Virus record (IMG/VR): IMGVR_UViG_3300035698_012962
Span: 64,001 to 128,000 of that record
Origin: a virus
Strand: one strand, 5' to 3'
Length of the DNA: 64,000 bases
Under the pieces are notes generated by a model. That model saw nothing but the letters and a program-made list of their open reading frames with translations, searched no databases and had not been told where the DNA came from. This document shows, one piece after another, positions 41,633 through 52,339 of this stretch (positions within the stretch are counted from its first letter, which is position 1; each line of letters begins with the position of its first letter). Position numbers and translations under genes: made by a program.

Positions 41633-41906
41633 TTAATCACCATTGGTGTACCTTCCATGAACTGTAAATAACTCCCGTGTGAAGTTACGACCCACCAAAA
41701 AGTTTTCCCGATTTTCAGGGAACCTTTGATATCTGAAAATTCAAAAACTGCACATTCTTTGGTCGTATTTTCTACAACATTAAATATTTCAGCTTCAAAT
41801 GTTTTCGTATCATCATTAATTTCTGTGATATGACCTTTCCATATTAAACATACATCTTTATTCATTTAAGTATAGTTTTAAATTATTTAATCGGTGAAGA
41901 ATTTGA

Positions 41907-42110
41907 TTACCAAATCCGACCTGATCGTTTTGCTTGTTTTCCTATTTCTGATAACGTAGGGAATTCAAAAATATTCTCACATAGATTGCATTTAGCTTCC
42001 ATGACTACTATAAATGGTGAAACACCCTTTCGTTTTTCTGTGTTTGTAACTGTAAAATCTACTGATTCGCACTCGTCGCATTTTGTTATTCTTTCAGACA
42101 TAATATTCAT
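41907..42110 (-). CDS. Small zinc-ribbon protein
   Basis: CDEC...CNLC. Confidence 0.55.
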   Translation of the reverse strand: MNIMSERITKCDECESVDFTVTNTEKRKGVSPFIVVMEAKCNLCENIFEFPTLSEIGKQAKRSGRIW

Positions 42111-42336
42111 TGTGAAGTTTTATTATAATGCCCAGTTCTGATATAAGATATCCTAAGTGATTTTAATAAATCAAGTTGTGCTTCACTACGCCATATCTGA
42201 AACTGTGCAAAATCTGAAGTGTTTCATCATCATAATCCAAATGTGGTTCGTATTGTTTGATAATTTCTTTTATCTTATCTCTACGTTCATCCAAATCTTT
42301 TATTAATGATGTAAAAAGTTCTTGTTGATTATTCAT
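42107..42336 (-). pseudogene. Frameshifted small gene
   Basis: MNNQQELF...YDDE continues as TSDFAQFQIWRSEAQ...KTSQ* ending in an ATGA overlap; span 230 = 3n-1. Confidence 0.55.
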
Positions 42337-42700
42337 TTTCAATCAATTTTAATCCCTCCTCTAACGCCTTATCCATTGCTTCTTCATACGTTTTGTGTTT
42401 TGCTTTTGTTCTATCTAAATATTTCATTGTTTCTATTTGAGCCACAAACCGAAAAACATTTGTTCTTAAATAGTTAACAGGTAATATAGATATATGAATT
42501 TTATGTTCATCCCTCAACCATTTTTGAAGTAGTGATTGAGTTGGGGCGGGGTATAATATTTGCTTGTACCATCTTTCATCAACTTCATCTAATAAATCCC
42601 CATCTTCATTGTAATCGGTATAACCACCATATATGTTATAATCAAATCCCCGTTCTTTGGCTAATTTGGCTGTTTCAAAACTTATTAATTGATCATTCAT
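42329..42700 (-). CDS. Conserved phage protein (ISFETAKLAKE...APTQSLLQKWLR...TYEEA)
   Basis: Motif recalled from phages of Bacteroidota-related hosts. Confidence 0.55.
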   Translation of the reverse strand: MNDQLISFETAKLAKERGFDYNIYGGYTDYNEDGDLLDEVDERWYKQILYPAPTQSLLQKWLRDEHKIHISILPVNYLRTNVFRFVAQIETMKYLDRTKAKHKTYEEAMDKALEEGLKLIENE

Positions 42701-43001
42701 CTTCCCATTCTATTTTAGGACATCTCTTTTGTTTTTTTAGCGCTAATATATTCCTTTGCCATCTCAATTGTTTTAGTTGAATAAATTTACGGATGGTATA
42801 TTTCAATTACTTTTTCCAACCTTTTTGAAAATAATTTACTGATATAATCCTTTGCCGAATAAATAGTATTAAATTGGATAGTAACGTAATTACCGGTTTT
42901 ATTACATTCCAAATCCTTCCAAATACCTAACCAATTTTTTTGTTGTACTACATATTTTTTATCACTTATATTTAAACCAGTTCTGGATATTATTCGTGCG
43001 C

Positions 43002-43067
43002 TTTTATTCTTATTTGCTTTCATTTTTATTCTTATTTGCTTTCATTTTTATTCTTATTTGCTTTCAT
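43002..43067 (-). repeat. Perfect 3 x 22-bp tandem repeat of a gene start (ATGAAAGCAAATAAGAATAAAA)
   Basis: Copies at 43002-43023, 43024-43045 and 43046-43067. Confidence 0.95.
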
Positions 43068-43750
43068 TTATTTGAGTTTTACATCATTGGAATTTAAAAT
43101 ACAATCCATTACATAATTTCTAATTCCAATACCTCTAAATTCGTAGTTATTTGAATCTCGTGTATGTAGAGTATATTCTTTTGCACATATCTCTTTTTGG
43201 GTTTGGATTACATCATTCAATTTAGTGGTAGTACGCAACCATATCCACTCCATTAATTCTCTATCGGAATCAAGCGCATCCCAATTCATTCTTTCCACAT
43301 GAATGTTATACCTTGCGACAATCAATGTAAGTATTTCAATCCACCACTGTATAGTATATGGTGTAGATATTGTATAACGTTTTTTAACAGGTATATGTTT
43401 CATTGTAACATTTTTTCCATAGCCGCATTTACATTAACTAATACTTTTGTATAACCATCTTGCATTTCTGAAACATCTTCCCTTAATGATTTTACTTCTT
43501 TTTCCAGAATTTCATTTTTAACTAAAAGATCAGTAGTAAGTGCAGAAGTAATAGTAGCCTTATTTTCATTATCTTTAATATTATCATTAAATCTAATTAA
43601 TGTACTATCTAAATGTATTAATAAATCTTGTAATGCATAGAACGTTTCTCCAACTCCTAATGTAATTGGATTTTTGGTATCTAATTTTTCTATAAAATTT
43701 AACAGTTTATCAATTTCTTGCCTTACTTCAGTTGTGCTAATCATATAACA

Positions 43751-43807
43751 TAGGTTAGTTTAAAATGTTATTAATTATAATGTAAATATAAATTTAACTA
43801 ATGTCAA
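43751..43807 (-). promoter_or_regulatory. Early promoter with TAACCTA in the leader
   Basis: TTGACA-N17-TACATT; TAACCTA at 43751-43757. Confidence 0.7.
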
Positions 43808-44624
43808 ATTATTTTAATATGATTTATGAAATGAATCTGTCCATACCCCGTCATCTATATCATCCAACGCTAACGTATGTTTAATATACGGTTGCCTCTT
43901 AATAAGATACTCCCCCTCCATTTGTAATAACCATTGGTCTGCAGAATCTTCATTTACAAATTCTTTGGATTTTTTCATAAAAGTTGCTTTAATTTTTCCA
44001 TTATCTAATACTTCTTTGTGTTGTTTAATTTTTGCCATAGTGTAACCCCATTTTATTTATTGAACCCATTTAATAATCATTAACTTTGGAAAAGAGAAAA
44101 TACTACCTATAAATCCGAATGAAACATAATTTACTGAAAAGTTTCTATTACGTAAACTCCATATTACAAACTCAATATCTATAGTTCGATATTTGTTTTC
44201 ATCTATTATATGAACACAATATGTATATCCCAAATCTGCCATATTTCGAATCCTTTTATGTATAGAGAATATTAACTCATCACTCTCAGGCAATTCTTCA
44301 GGTTCATTATATATTTTTGCTATTTCCGATGCTTCTTTTGCTGTAATTAAATCTAAAGCCATTTATCTTTCAAATTTGTTTTATTTACTTCTGTATATTC
44401 TGTAATCTCTATTTTATGAATATTAATATTTTCTTTTTTTAGTTCATCCATATCCGAATTTAATTTTGTGTATTCAATAATATCATTAATTAAAAAAGGT
44501 TTTGGATATGAATTAAATAATTTAACCTTACTAATATTCAGATCCCACTTAATTTCTTTATAAAACGTTATCCCAATAAGGTATAATAATTTATCATTGG
44601 TTTTATATGATATGTAATATTGTA

Positions 44625-45101
44625 TCATTTAGATTTCTTAGGTCTACCACGTTTCTTACCAGTAGTTGTCTTCTTTTTAACAGTAGTTCCTTTTTTTGCT
44701 GTCTTCTTTTTACCAGTAGTAGTTTTCTTTGTAGTTGACTTTTTTTTCGTAACTTTCTTTTTTCTTTTTTTAGATGGTGGATCAGTTTCTCCATTCAACG
44801 GCTCCCATTCAATTGGATGTAACATAACCTCTTCAGGATATTTTGTTCTCCAAATTATCTCACCTCTTACTTGAATTTTCACATAACCATCAGTAACCTT
44901 TTTTACATATACTTTACTTGTTCTCGTATCATCAACCAACCAACATCTTGATAGAACGTGCTTTGGTTTTAACTTTCCTTCTTCTGGAATATTTTTGAAT
45001 ATAGGATATGTAATTTGGTATTCATTTGTTACGAATTCTGTATCAATTTGTTTCAACAATTTTCGTTTCGTTTGTGTCCAAGTTAATTTTCGTTTAGCCA
45101 T
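44625..45101 (-). CDS. Protein with a histone H1-like Lys/Thr tail and AT-hook
   Basis: C-terminal KKTTTGKKK repeats ending KKRGRPKK. Confidence 0.65.
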   Translation of the reverse strand: MAKRKLTWTQTKRKLLKQIDTEFVTNEYQITYPIFKNIPEEGKLKPKHVLSRCWLVDDTRTSKVYVKKVTDGYVKIQVRGEIIWRTKYPEEVMLHPIEWEPLNGETDPPSKKRKKKVTKKKSTTKKTTTGKKKTAKKGTTVKKKTTTGKKRGRPKKSK

Positions 45102-45369
45102 ATTATTTATTTTATTAAAACCATTTATTAGTTGATTGTTCTTTTTTATCTTTCTCTTTTCGTTCTTTTATAATTCCCAAAAAGTCTTCTCTATACTCTG
45201 GATACATTCCTAAATATATCAATTCAACTTCATCTCGGTTGGTTAATACATTATCACGTGGAAGTGTAGTATCCGCTAATTCAATATCTTTTTTAAATTC
45301 ATTTAGAATTAAATGTTTACTCATTATAAATGTTCCAAAATTGAACGATTAATATTAAATCTATATATT

Positions 45370-45398
45370 AATGTAATCATAATTCCAATCAATTTCAA
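45370..45398 (-). promoter_or_regulatory. Early promoter (variant -35)
   Basis: TTGAAA-N17-TACATT. Confidence 0.55.
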
Positions 45399-45399
45399 T

Positions 45400-46026
45400 T
45401 TATCTATTAATCAATTGTTGAATAGCTTGAGTTACTTGATTTTGAAACGTTTGTATTTGATGATTGATTTGTGCAACTATTGATTGAGTTTGTTCCGCAT
45501 CCCGTTGGATTGATCCTGCTAATAATTCTTGTTCTTCAACCCTACGATCTGTTTGTTGTAGTAACCCTTGTAGTGAATTTTCTATTTCTTTCAGTGTGTT
45601 AAATTCTGCACGCAACCCATCATTCTGTGATTGTAATGAAGTCATATCTATTTCTTCTTGAATAGCTCGTTGAAGTGCTTGTGTAAAATCTAAATTTAGT
45701 TTTATAAATCTATTTTGAGTAGTTTCCACTTTATTGGTTTCTATATTTTCTTCTACTTTAACATAATCTACTTTTTTATTAATCTCCTCAATAGTATTTG
45801 ATAGATCAGTTATAATCAAATTCTTTACTTCTATATTTTTAATCACTTTTTTTATTTCTTCATTGATGAGTCTCTCATCCTCTAATAATTCTCTATATAA
45901 CTCACCCGGGGTAGTATCTGGTTTCAATACCCTTTTGGATTTGATCAATTCAACTACGTTTGTATCTACTGCTTTACGTAATTCATCATCATTATATTTT
46001 GGTTTAAATAATGGTGTTCTATTCAT
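45400..46026 (-). CDS. Coiled-coil protein, paralog of 7604-8590
   Basis: KPKYNDDELRKAVDTNVVELI versus KPIYDVSQLKRAIDTNVVELK. Confidence 0.65.
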   Translation of the reverse strand: MNRTPLFKPKYNDDELRKAVDTNVVELIKSKRVLKPDTTPGELYRELLEDERLINEEIKKVIKNIEVKNLIITDLSNTIEEINKKVDYVKVEENIETNKVETTQNRFIKLNLDFTQALQRAIQEEIDMTSLQSQNDGLRAEFNTLKEIENSLQGLLQQTDRRVEEQELLAGSIQRDAEQTQSIVAQINHQIQTFQNQVTQAIQQLINR

Positions 46027-47269
46027 TTTCTTGTAAAGTTTGTTTACCTACTGCACCAACTACTATAACAAATTTACCTGTTGAGTTCCAACTTTCTACA
46101 GTTGTATTAACTCCAATATCCATATTCGTTTTACCGAACTCATAGTATGGGAAGGTAAAACTTGTTTGTCCAAATACATTTTTTGGATATGTGTTTGCAT
46201 ATGCTTGTAATATTCCTGTTTGATCTGTAGTTCCCGCCCAATAATTTATACTATTCGAATCAGTATTAAGTTTATTTAAATCTGTATCTCTGTTCCTTTT
46301 TAATATCTTATAAGTAAAATTTCCAAATCCGGACTTATTTAAATTGGATTTTCTTACTTGATCCAAGTCAAAATGTACTGAAACAAGTTTCTTATCTAGT
46401 GTAATCAGTTTACCTCTAGCAGGTTGTTGCTTACCTCTATCTGTTACGAACACATCCCAGTTGATAGGTTCATTAAAAAATTTATAACGTTGGTTATTTA
46501 AAAATATATCTACAGGTGTTCCTAATTCAAAATTCTTTGATAAAAATACCACTGATACTTGAGTACTTCCGTTAGGAAATGTAAATGGTTGATCTGCGGG
46601 TGGATAAATCTCTCCTGGAGCAGGATTAATATCCGTACCTGTATATTGTTTAGTATTTCTACTCCCACGCCTACCACTTCGACTACCACGTCTACCCTTA
46701 TTATTCACAAACTCACCAGAAGGTTTATCTGAAAAATTATAAGTCATAGTAAGCCCATCTACCTCTATATCCCATTCAGCGAAATCAGTTACAAGCGATT
46801 TAGATTTTTTACCTGTTGATGGGGATAGTGCCCAATTTATTTGTTTTACAATATCTTCTGGTACATCAAGATTGAGATTTTCTACATATGTTAGTTTGAC
46901 TCCTCTAATTTCTAGCGACCGCTCTTCTAACTTTCTTACTTCAATACTCTTCCGTAACTCTTCCATATCTACATTAATAATAGTTATAAAATCTATTGTG
47001 AAGAATGGGTTATTATTTTCCTCTGCTTCTTTTAAATCATCAACTAAGGATTTAGATGTATAATACTCATTATTTATATTCACAATAAAACGAAGTGTAG
47101 TATCTTCTACTGAAATTAAATCTTCGATTGTAACATGGACAATTTCTGGAGACTGGATGGATATTACGTTTCCTAATTGTGTAGATATATTTATACTATC
47201 ATCAGTCCGTGTAAGGTCAGCATTTTGTAAAATATAATCGTTTTGAAATGAATCTAATGTTTTGTACAT
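46019..47269 (-). CDS. Probable late/virion protein
   Basis: 416 aa, beta-rich C-half, RRGSRSGRRGSR linker; TATTTATA at 47273-47280. Confidence 0.45.
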   Translation of the reverse strand: MYKTLDSFQNDYILQNADLTRTDDSINISTQLGNVISIQSPEIVHVTIEDLISVEDTTLRFIVNINNEYYTSKSLVDDLKEAEENNNPFFTIDFITIINVDMEELRKSIEVRKLEERSLEIRGVKLTYVENLNLDVPEDIVKQINWALSPSTGKKSKSLVTDFAEWDIEVDGLTMTYNFSDKPSGEFVNNKGRRGSRSGRRGSRNTKQYTGTDINPAPGEIYPPADQPFTFPNGSTQVSVVFLSKNFELGTPVDIFLNNQRYKFFNEPINWDVFVTDRGKQQPARGKLITLDKKLVSVHFDLDQVRKSNLNKSGFGNFTYKILKRNRDTDLNKLNTDSNSINYWAGTTDQTGILQAYANTYPKNVFGQTSFTFPYYEFGKTNMDIGVNTTVESWNSTGKFVIVVGAVGKQTLQENE

Positions 47270-47839
47270 ATCTATAAATATAGTCTTTTATAGTTTTTGT
47301 ACATTTAATGATTTCTCAACATAATCTGCTATAGTAATAATTGTATCAGATGATATCCACAAAAAACCTATACCATTTACAGTTATAGAAAAATCACCAT
47401 CGAAAGGATCTAATTCTACATCAGTGAACGTAGAAATTGGATTATGTTGCTCTTGTCGTTTTTCAAATACAGCATTCCACCGATCTACCATACCTCCTTT
47501 ATAACCTTTTGCAAACTTTATTGGTTTATGTAATTCTTTATTATAAAATTGTATTGGTTTTTTTTGAAATGCACCTTGGATCGTAATCTCCAATTTTGAC
47601 CAATCATCTACCTTCTCCCAATTTTCTAATATGTAGAATTTTGCAGATTCAGCTATCATATTAGCTTCTCTAAATTTACGTAAATACTCTTCCATAAAAT
47701 TTGATGTTCTCCACCCTTTCTGAGCAGAATATCCTTCTCTCATTTCATCTTCATTTTCAAAACAAGGAGTAAATGCTCCATATTTTACTATATCGTTCAT
47801 TGTTTCGTCCGTTAAATCTATATAATCTTCAATTTCCAT

Positions 47840-48349
47840 TTAAATAAATAAATAAGGTTTCCATTCTTCTGGGATATGATCAAGAGTTTTCATCAACATC
47901 AAGAAGTGTGGGCGTTTCGGCTTCGGGTGGTCTCTTCCCCATTCTACAATATCCAAGTCTGCTTTTTCGGAATTGCACATTTGACAAGATGTTACTAAGT
48001 TTTCCCATGAATCTTTCCCACCCTTACTTCTAGGGATCACGTGATCTAAAGTAAGTTGTTTTCTACTATCACCTCCACAATATACACAACTATAATTATC
48101 TCTCTTATAGATGTTTGTTCGTGTAAGAGGAACTTTTGTATACTCTAATCGAATAAACTTAAAGATTCTAATAATAGATGGTTTAGGAAATGCTAAATTT
48201 TTATTCACAGTACGGAAAAACGTATCATGGGTTTCAACAACTTCGGCATTTCCTTTGTATGTGATTACAAATGCCCTTTCGGTTGTAATAACTGAACGTG
48301 GCATGTATGCAGTATCAATAACTAAACATTTCTTATCTGTGGATTTCAT
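47840..48349 (-). CDS. HNH endonuclease (McrA-like)
   Basis: PSIIR, RDNYSCVYCG, TLDHVIPRSKGG, WENLVTSCQMCN. Confidence 0.92.
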   Translation of the reverse strand: MKSTDKKCLVIDTAYMPRSVITTERAFVITYKGNAEVVETHDTFFRTVNKNLAFPKPSIIRIFKFIRLEYTKVPLTRTNIYKRDNYSCVYCGGDSRKQLTLDHVIPRSKGGKDSWENLVTSCQMCNSEKADLDIVEWGRDHPKPKRPHFLMLMKTLDHIPEEWKPYLFI

Positions 48350-48981
48350 TGTGTAACGTTTTTGTAACGGTTAGTATCATTATCTTAACAATTGAGATAG
48401 TTCACTATGTTTCATATCATGATACAATGTGATATTATCTCTATCGTACTTTAACAATGCTGTTTTTGGCTTGTCTTTTTGTATTAAATACTCAGCGCCA
48501 TCTGATTTAGATATCACTGATTTGGTGTTAGGATTTTTATTTAAAAAGTTCTTTTTAATTTTATCCCATTGATAAGGGAATACTTTTCCCTTTGCTCTAA
48601 AAACTGTTTCTGGTATTAAGTTTGTTAATTTCATATTTATCAATTTCTATATACGAACGGATATGTTATTGGTAGATTTGGATATTTCTTTTGCAATCCA
48701 ACTGCGATAATACTATCATTAATAGATTTCTTATAATCCATTCCGACTTTATCAATTATTTTCATTGCCATCAAAATCCCCAACTTATCTTGTGGGGATA
48801 TCCTGAAGTTATGTTTCTTAGATAAAGTTCTTACCCGTTCCTTCATTATGCTCAATAACTCACTATGCCTTTCGTTATTATCATTCATATATATAAATAT
48901 AAGAATTATTAATTAATATTCCAAATTTTTTTATCTTATCTTTAATTGATGATTTACATAATGTTTAAGTTTTACTTTTAA

Positions 48982-49716
48982 TTATATGTGTTGTAAATGG
49001 TGATCATTCATTAAGAACGAACCATATGGTTTTGCTTGTAATATTTTAACAACATCCATTAAGTTATATGGTTTAAGATCATTTCCGTCAATTCCTACAT
49101 CCATACACTTACCTGGAAACTTCAACTTCTCTTCAGATGAAGAATGTAGATGCCCAAATAAATGGAACCATCCCACGGACATTTTCTCCCAACTTAACAT
49201 TGGTCTGTGAAATAAATCAAAATTAAATGCCATGTTTGGATAAATGATTTTAACCCAGGGGTTTACAGTAACATACGTAAATAAATCTTGAGTTAGTACA
49301 TATGGTATACTCTTATGTTCAGTACGTTCCCACGGTATGTTCAATTTTTCTGCTATTTCAATATCTGAATTATCAATGTAAATTGGTTTTGAGTCTGGAA
49401 AAATATGGTGATCGTGATTTCCCCTAACTAACAAAATATTCTTGACATTTAATCTCTTGCGAAATTCCCAAATTTGTTCGATACCTCCAAATGATACATC
49501 TCCAAGATGAATTAACCAATCATCTTCATTAACTATCATATTGATGTTACCAACAATTTCAGTATTCATTTCATACCGAGTACCAAAATCTCTAACAGAG
49601 TTTGAGGCACGTTCCATATTCCATGAAGTTTCACCTTTCACAATATTCTTATGTGAATAATGAGAATCTGCTGTAGCAAAACATTGTTGCCCTTTTTCTA
49701 ATCTAATTTTAATCAT
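48982..49716 (-). CDS. Calcineurin-like metallophosphoesterase
   Basis: DSH, LGD, GNHD, HRP and GHLH motifs. Confidence 0.88.
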   Translation of the reverse strand: MIKIRLEKGQQCFATADSHYSHKNIVKGETSWNMERASNSVRDFGTRYEMNTEIVGNINMIVNEDDWLIHLGDVSFGGIEQIWEFRKRLNVKNILLVRGNHDHHIFPDSKPIYIDNSDIEIAEKLNIPWERTEHKSIPYVLTQDLFTYVTVNPWVKIIYPNMAFNFDLFHRPMLSWEKMSVGWFHLFGHLHSSSEEKLKFPGKCMDVGIDGNDLKPYNLMDVVKILQAKPYGSFLMNDHHLQHI

Positions 49717-49897
49717 TAGGTTTAATATTTAGTTTTTTAACTTCCATTGGGTATAATCCAAATACTTCATATCCCCTTTTAATTTTACATATAAACTCAT
49801 TTGTATTTTTTTGAATACTATGAATTGCTATCTTCCGTATTAATTCAGTATCAGTAATACTATCATCAGATAAATTTTTAATATCAATTATTTTCAT

Positions 49898-50110
49898 TTA
49901 ATCAAATACCAATTTTCCAATTTGTTTAACTTCAGTAATATCGTTTGATTCAACATATTGAGTAGTGTGCAACTCCGATCAAATTTCATTGTCCGGGTTG
50001 TGGTATCCTTTAGGTCCGATTGCAATGGAATACCCATTAGATATTTTAATGAACACATTTCCATTTGGAGCTTCCCATACATCATATATGTCTAAATCCT
50101 TTTCAATCAT
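49898..50110 (-). pseudogene. Small gene with an internal TGA
   Basis: MIEKDLDIYDVWEAPNG...DNEI*SELHTTQ...LVFD*; TGA at 49979-49981; abuts both neighbours. Confidence 0.6.
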
Positions 50111-50468
50111 CTCGTTCTACTACCAATTTAGTCTCAAATGCTGCAGGGAACTCGACAGTAGTTTGATAATCTGTTACTGATTGTTCTATATCTCTATATT
50201 CGTAGTACTCATTAGTTTCATCACTACGAATAATTAATTGATCGTTGTGACCAACAGTTATTTGAAGTCCCATGTCATCCATGAGTTGTTCTAACTTTCT
50301 TACTTTCTGAGTAACTGGGTGTTCTTCTTTTAATTTATAATATGCCATAGAATTATCCCAACCCAGCTATTAATATTCCCACTCCAACCCAAAAAGGAAT
50401 ACCTGTTAAAAATCCTACGATTAAATGTGTTTTATATTTTTTAATATCTTCAAACATAATATTTCAAT

Positions 50469-50528
50469 TTAGGTTAATAGTTTTCTTTATCACTTTTATA
50501 ATGTAATTATAAATTCAATGAATGTCAA
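50469..50528 (-). promoter_or_regulatory. Early promoter with TAACCTAA in the leader
   Basis: TTGACA-N17-TACATT; TAACCTAA at 50469-50476. Confidence 0.7.
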
Positions 50529-50925
50529 ATATTTAATTATCGTTTGAAAATTCCAATGGAAGAAGTGAAAGTTCATATCCATTTGAAATATAAAAACAAC
50601 CTTCTATTTGAATCACATCCCCGATTGAGAATGATGAATGTTGTGTGGTTAATTCCCCACTTCTAATTTTATCTGAAATCTTGGTTGGGTATGAACCAAC
50701 GTTATGAGAAGTTATAATTGATCGAAAAACCTCATTATTGGAAGTTTCTGGTTGAAATTCAACTGCGGAAACTTTTTCATAATGTTTAATTGATGGAGAA
50801 TGAAAAACAAACTCTACAAACTTACCATCTTCATCATACACCCTTTCAGTAATTTTACCTTTGAAGCGGAAATCAAAACCGGAAAAGTTTTCTTTAGGAT
50901 AAAAAACGTTAACTTTCATTTTAGA

Positions 50926-50988
50926 TTGGATTAGGTTATCATTAACTCAACACTTATAATGTAGTGATTAATTTACTTAATGTCAAGT
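50926..50988 (-). repeat. Early promoter-leader repeat, copy 3 (63 bp identical to 63560-63622)
   Basis: Direct comparison of the two segments. Confidence 0.92.
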
Positions 50989-51402
50989 CCTATTTAAAGA
51001 AGTTATTAATTAAAATCTTCTACGGCTTCACCAGTGTGTTCCAACCATTCATCTGAATCACCATCCGCCCAAATTATATTTTCAGTATCCCAACATTCAC
51101 TACATCCACCATTATCTGAATTGGATGCGTATGAATCATAAGCACCGCATGTTTTACAATAAGTCATTTTATTGCCTCAATTTTTAAGTTGTAATTTTGA
51201 TTTCTGATAATTCTCCCATTCTCTATATAATACCTCTATCATACCATCAGTGAGACCTTCGAAGTGAAGTTCCCCATCAAGATACATATTACTGAAATCA
51301 TCAACTCTTGCGATTCCATTATGGATAGTGGAGTAGAATGAATCTTCTACAATGTATTCAAATTTTTCATCAACAGTTAATTCAGCTTTCATATCGGTAT
51401 TG

Positions 51403-51458
51403 ATTAGGTTATCATTAACTCACTTCTATAATGTAGTTAGAATTTATATTAATGTCAA
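51403..51458 (-). repeat. Early promoter-leader repeat, copy 4
   Basis: TTGACA-N17-TACATT, then TGAGTTAATGATAACCTAAT. Confidence 0.9.
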
Positions 51459-51657
51459 GCACTATCTGTTTCTTTTTCTATCTTCTTTTGCTTTATTCTC
51501 TCTCCAATTTCTAAGTAATTGTTTTGAAATATCTAAGTGATCAGGTGGTACAACATAATCTTCACCTAATCTTCTAATTGCATATCCACAAGAATGGATG
51601 AATAGTGCTTCTTCATTATTTTTTAAATTTATTTTTTCCCACATATTATTTATTTAT

Positions 51658-52068
51658 TTAAGTTAAAATGTAAAATGTTAAAAGTAATTGTACGTAATGT
51701 AATACTTGATCGAAACCGATGGAAGTAAATGCTCCTAAATTTGGTATTGAACTTCCCAAATGGTTTTGTTCAAATTGTCTACTTACTTTCTTTGATGTAA
51801 AATAATCAGTTATTGTATGAAACACAAATGTTATTAATGGAAACAGTATTATTAAATTGAATAACAAATCAGAATCAATTGAATATATAATACAAAACAC
51901 CCCCATTACAAATACCCAATATAATGAATATGTTACTGTGTGTTTTAGTAAAGGTATAAGTGATTTAGATTTCCCAAGTGCCCATTGTTCGTCTTGAAAT
52001 ATAAAATCAGCTATCCAATGGTTAACTATAATCCATAATATAATCCATACTGTAGTTAAATCAATCAT
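51658..52068 (-). CDS. DUF3307-like membrane protein
   Basis: HWIADFIFQ, HTITDY, GFDQVLH. Confidence 0.7.
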   Translation of the reverse strand: MIDLTTVWIILWIIVNHWIADFIFQDEQWALGKSKSLIPLLKHTVTYSLYWVFVMGVFCIIYSIDSDLLFNLIILFPLITFVFHTITDYFTSKKVSRQFEQNHLGSSIPNLGAFTSIGFDQVLHYVQLLLTFYILT

Positions 52069-52071
52069 ATT

Positions 52072-52339
52072 TTATTTTAAATCTTCCTTTCTTACTAAAT
52101 CCACTGCCGTTAACTTAATCTTATGAATAATATCATCTTTGAAATTGTCTACTTCTACAAAAAATCGCATCGCAGGTTTTAACATCTTAATAGATTCCAG
52201 TGATTGGTTAATAGGTTTCAAATCTACGTATAACAAAAAACTTAATCGCATCAAATATCCAAAGAGTTTCCCCATCGGTTTTGATTCTATATGGCCAATT
52301 AATGGCGAAAAAATGCATGAAGTCTAATTTACTTTTCAT
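52072..52339 (-). pseudogene. Frameshifted gene, weakly BRO-N-like
   Basis: MKSKLDF...IKTDGETLWIFDAIK joins FLLYVDLKP... if one base (T6 or G4 run) is removed; span 268 = 3n+1. Confidence 0.5.

Noticed and set aside
49894-50085. Track ORFs 49894-50085 and 52072-52275, and the TTG start at 63015
   Set aside because: They are better explained as wrong-frame or partial readings of the disrupted genes listed as pseudogenes.
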